Positions 63,393 to 64,000 of a DNA stretch of 64,000 nucleotides are shown here, in pieces. Under the pieces are notes generated by a model. The model did not search any database, had not been told where the DNA came from, and saw only the letters and a program-made list of their open reading frames with translations. The DNA lies in the NCBI RefSeq assembly GCF_006345805.1, contig NC_043019.1, positions 4,835,360 to 4,899,359 of the forward strand, written 5' to 3'. Source of the DNA: Octopus sinensis (taxonomy: Eukaryota). Positions within the stretch are counted from its first letter, which is position 1. Each line of letters opens with the position of its first letter. A program made the translations under genes and the position numbers.

Positions 63393-63812
63393 TAGGCGCA
63401 GGAGTGGCTGTGTGGTAAGTAGCTTGTTTACCAACCACATGGTTCCGAGTTCAGTCCCACTGCGTGGCACCTTGGGCAAGTGTCTTCCACTATAGCCTCG
63501 GGCTGACCAAAGCCTTGTGAGTGGATTTGGTAGACGGAAACTGAAAAGAAGCCCGTCGTATATATGTATATATATATATCTATGCATGTGTGTTTGTGTG
63601 TCTGTGTTTGTCCCCCTAGCATTGCTTGACAACCGATGCTGGTGTGTTTATGTCCCCATCACTTAGTGGTTCGGCAAAAGAGACCGATAGAATAAGTACT
63701 GGGCTTACAAAGAATAAGTCCCGTGATCGAGTTGCTCGATTAAAGGCGGTGCTCCGGCATGGCCACAGTCAAATGACTGAAACAAGTAAAAGAGTAAAAA
63801 GAGTAAAAGAGT
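63393..63812 (+). mobile_element. SINE-A, full length
   Basis: Same consensus. Confidence 0.9.
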
Positions 63813-64000
63813 ATAGCAAAGTGCTTGTACCACAATTAAAAGTTAATGATAGTATTTATTTATTAACTTTTATTATTATTCTGTTGTGTCTGGGGAGAGT
63901 CATTTTCTTTTTGTGCCTTATAATATAACACACTCACTGATAAAAGTTCCACTTTTTTCTTATTTTTATTTTCCTAATATTTTCGTTGCGTCTTGCAACC

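Overview
AT-rich, extremely repeat-dense animal genomic DNA. The tRNA-derived SINE families suggest a coleoid cephalopod, most likely Octopus (inference). I can support one host gene, on the + strand. It is a type II membrane, Golgi-type sulfotransferase-fold protein built from a signal-anchor exon (40174-40304) that the ORF track missed, spliced in frame across a 21.2-kb intron to a large terminal exon (61537-62596). The product is 396 aa and its PAPS-binding motifs look degenerate. The largest structure is a 6.1-kb head-to-head palindrome of a Penelope-like element (RT + GIY-YIG, 6487-12617). Each tip carries a CRE/CCAAT promoter array, a TATA box and a minimal hammerhead-ribozyme-like motif. 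Two smaller inverted-repeat elements also appear tied to minimal hammerheads: a 255-bp unit with perfect 36-bp inverted ends and a textbook minimal hammerhead (31574-31828), and a 548-bp foldback (14358-14905). The rest comprises at least five SINE families (many nested, inverted or multimeric), an 8-bp-TSD MITE family, mariner MITEs, two divergent non-autonomous Helitrons, fossils of maT/Tc1, RTE, CR1 and Dong/R4 elements, a SINE-mediated 1.46-kb tandem duplication, and microsatellites. Almost all other ORF-track entries are microsatellite or SINE read-through artefacts. Repeat boundaries are approximate (about +/-10-20 bp), and no database searches were run.
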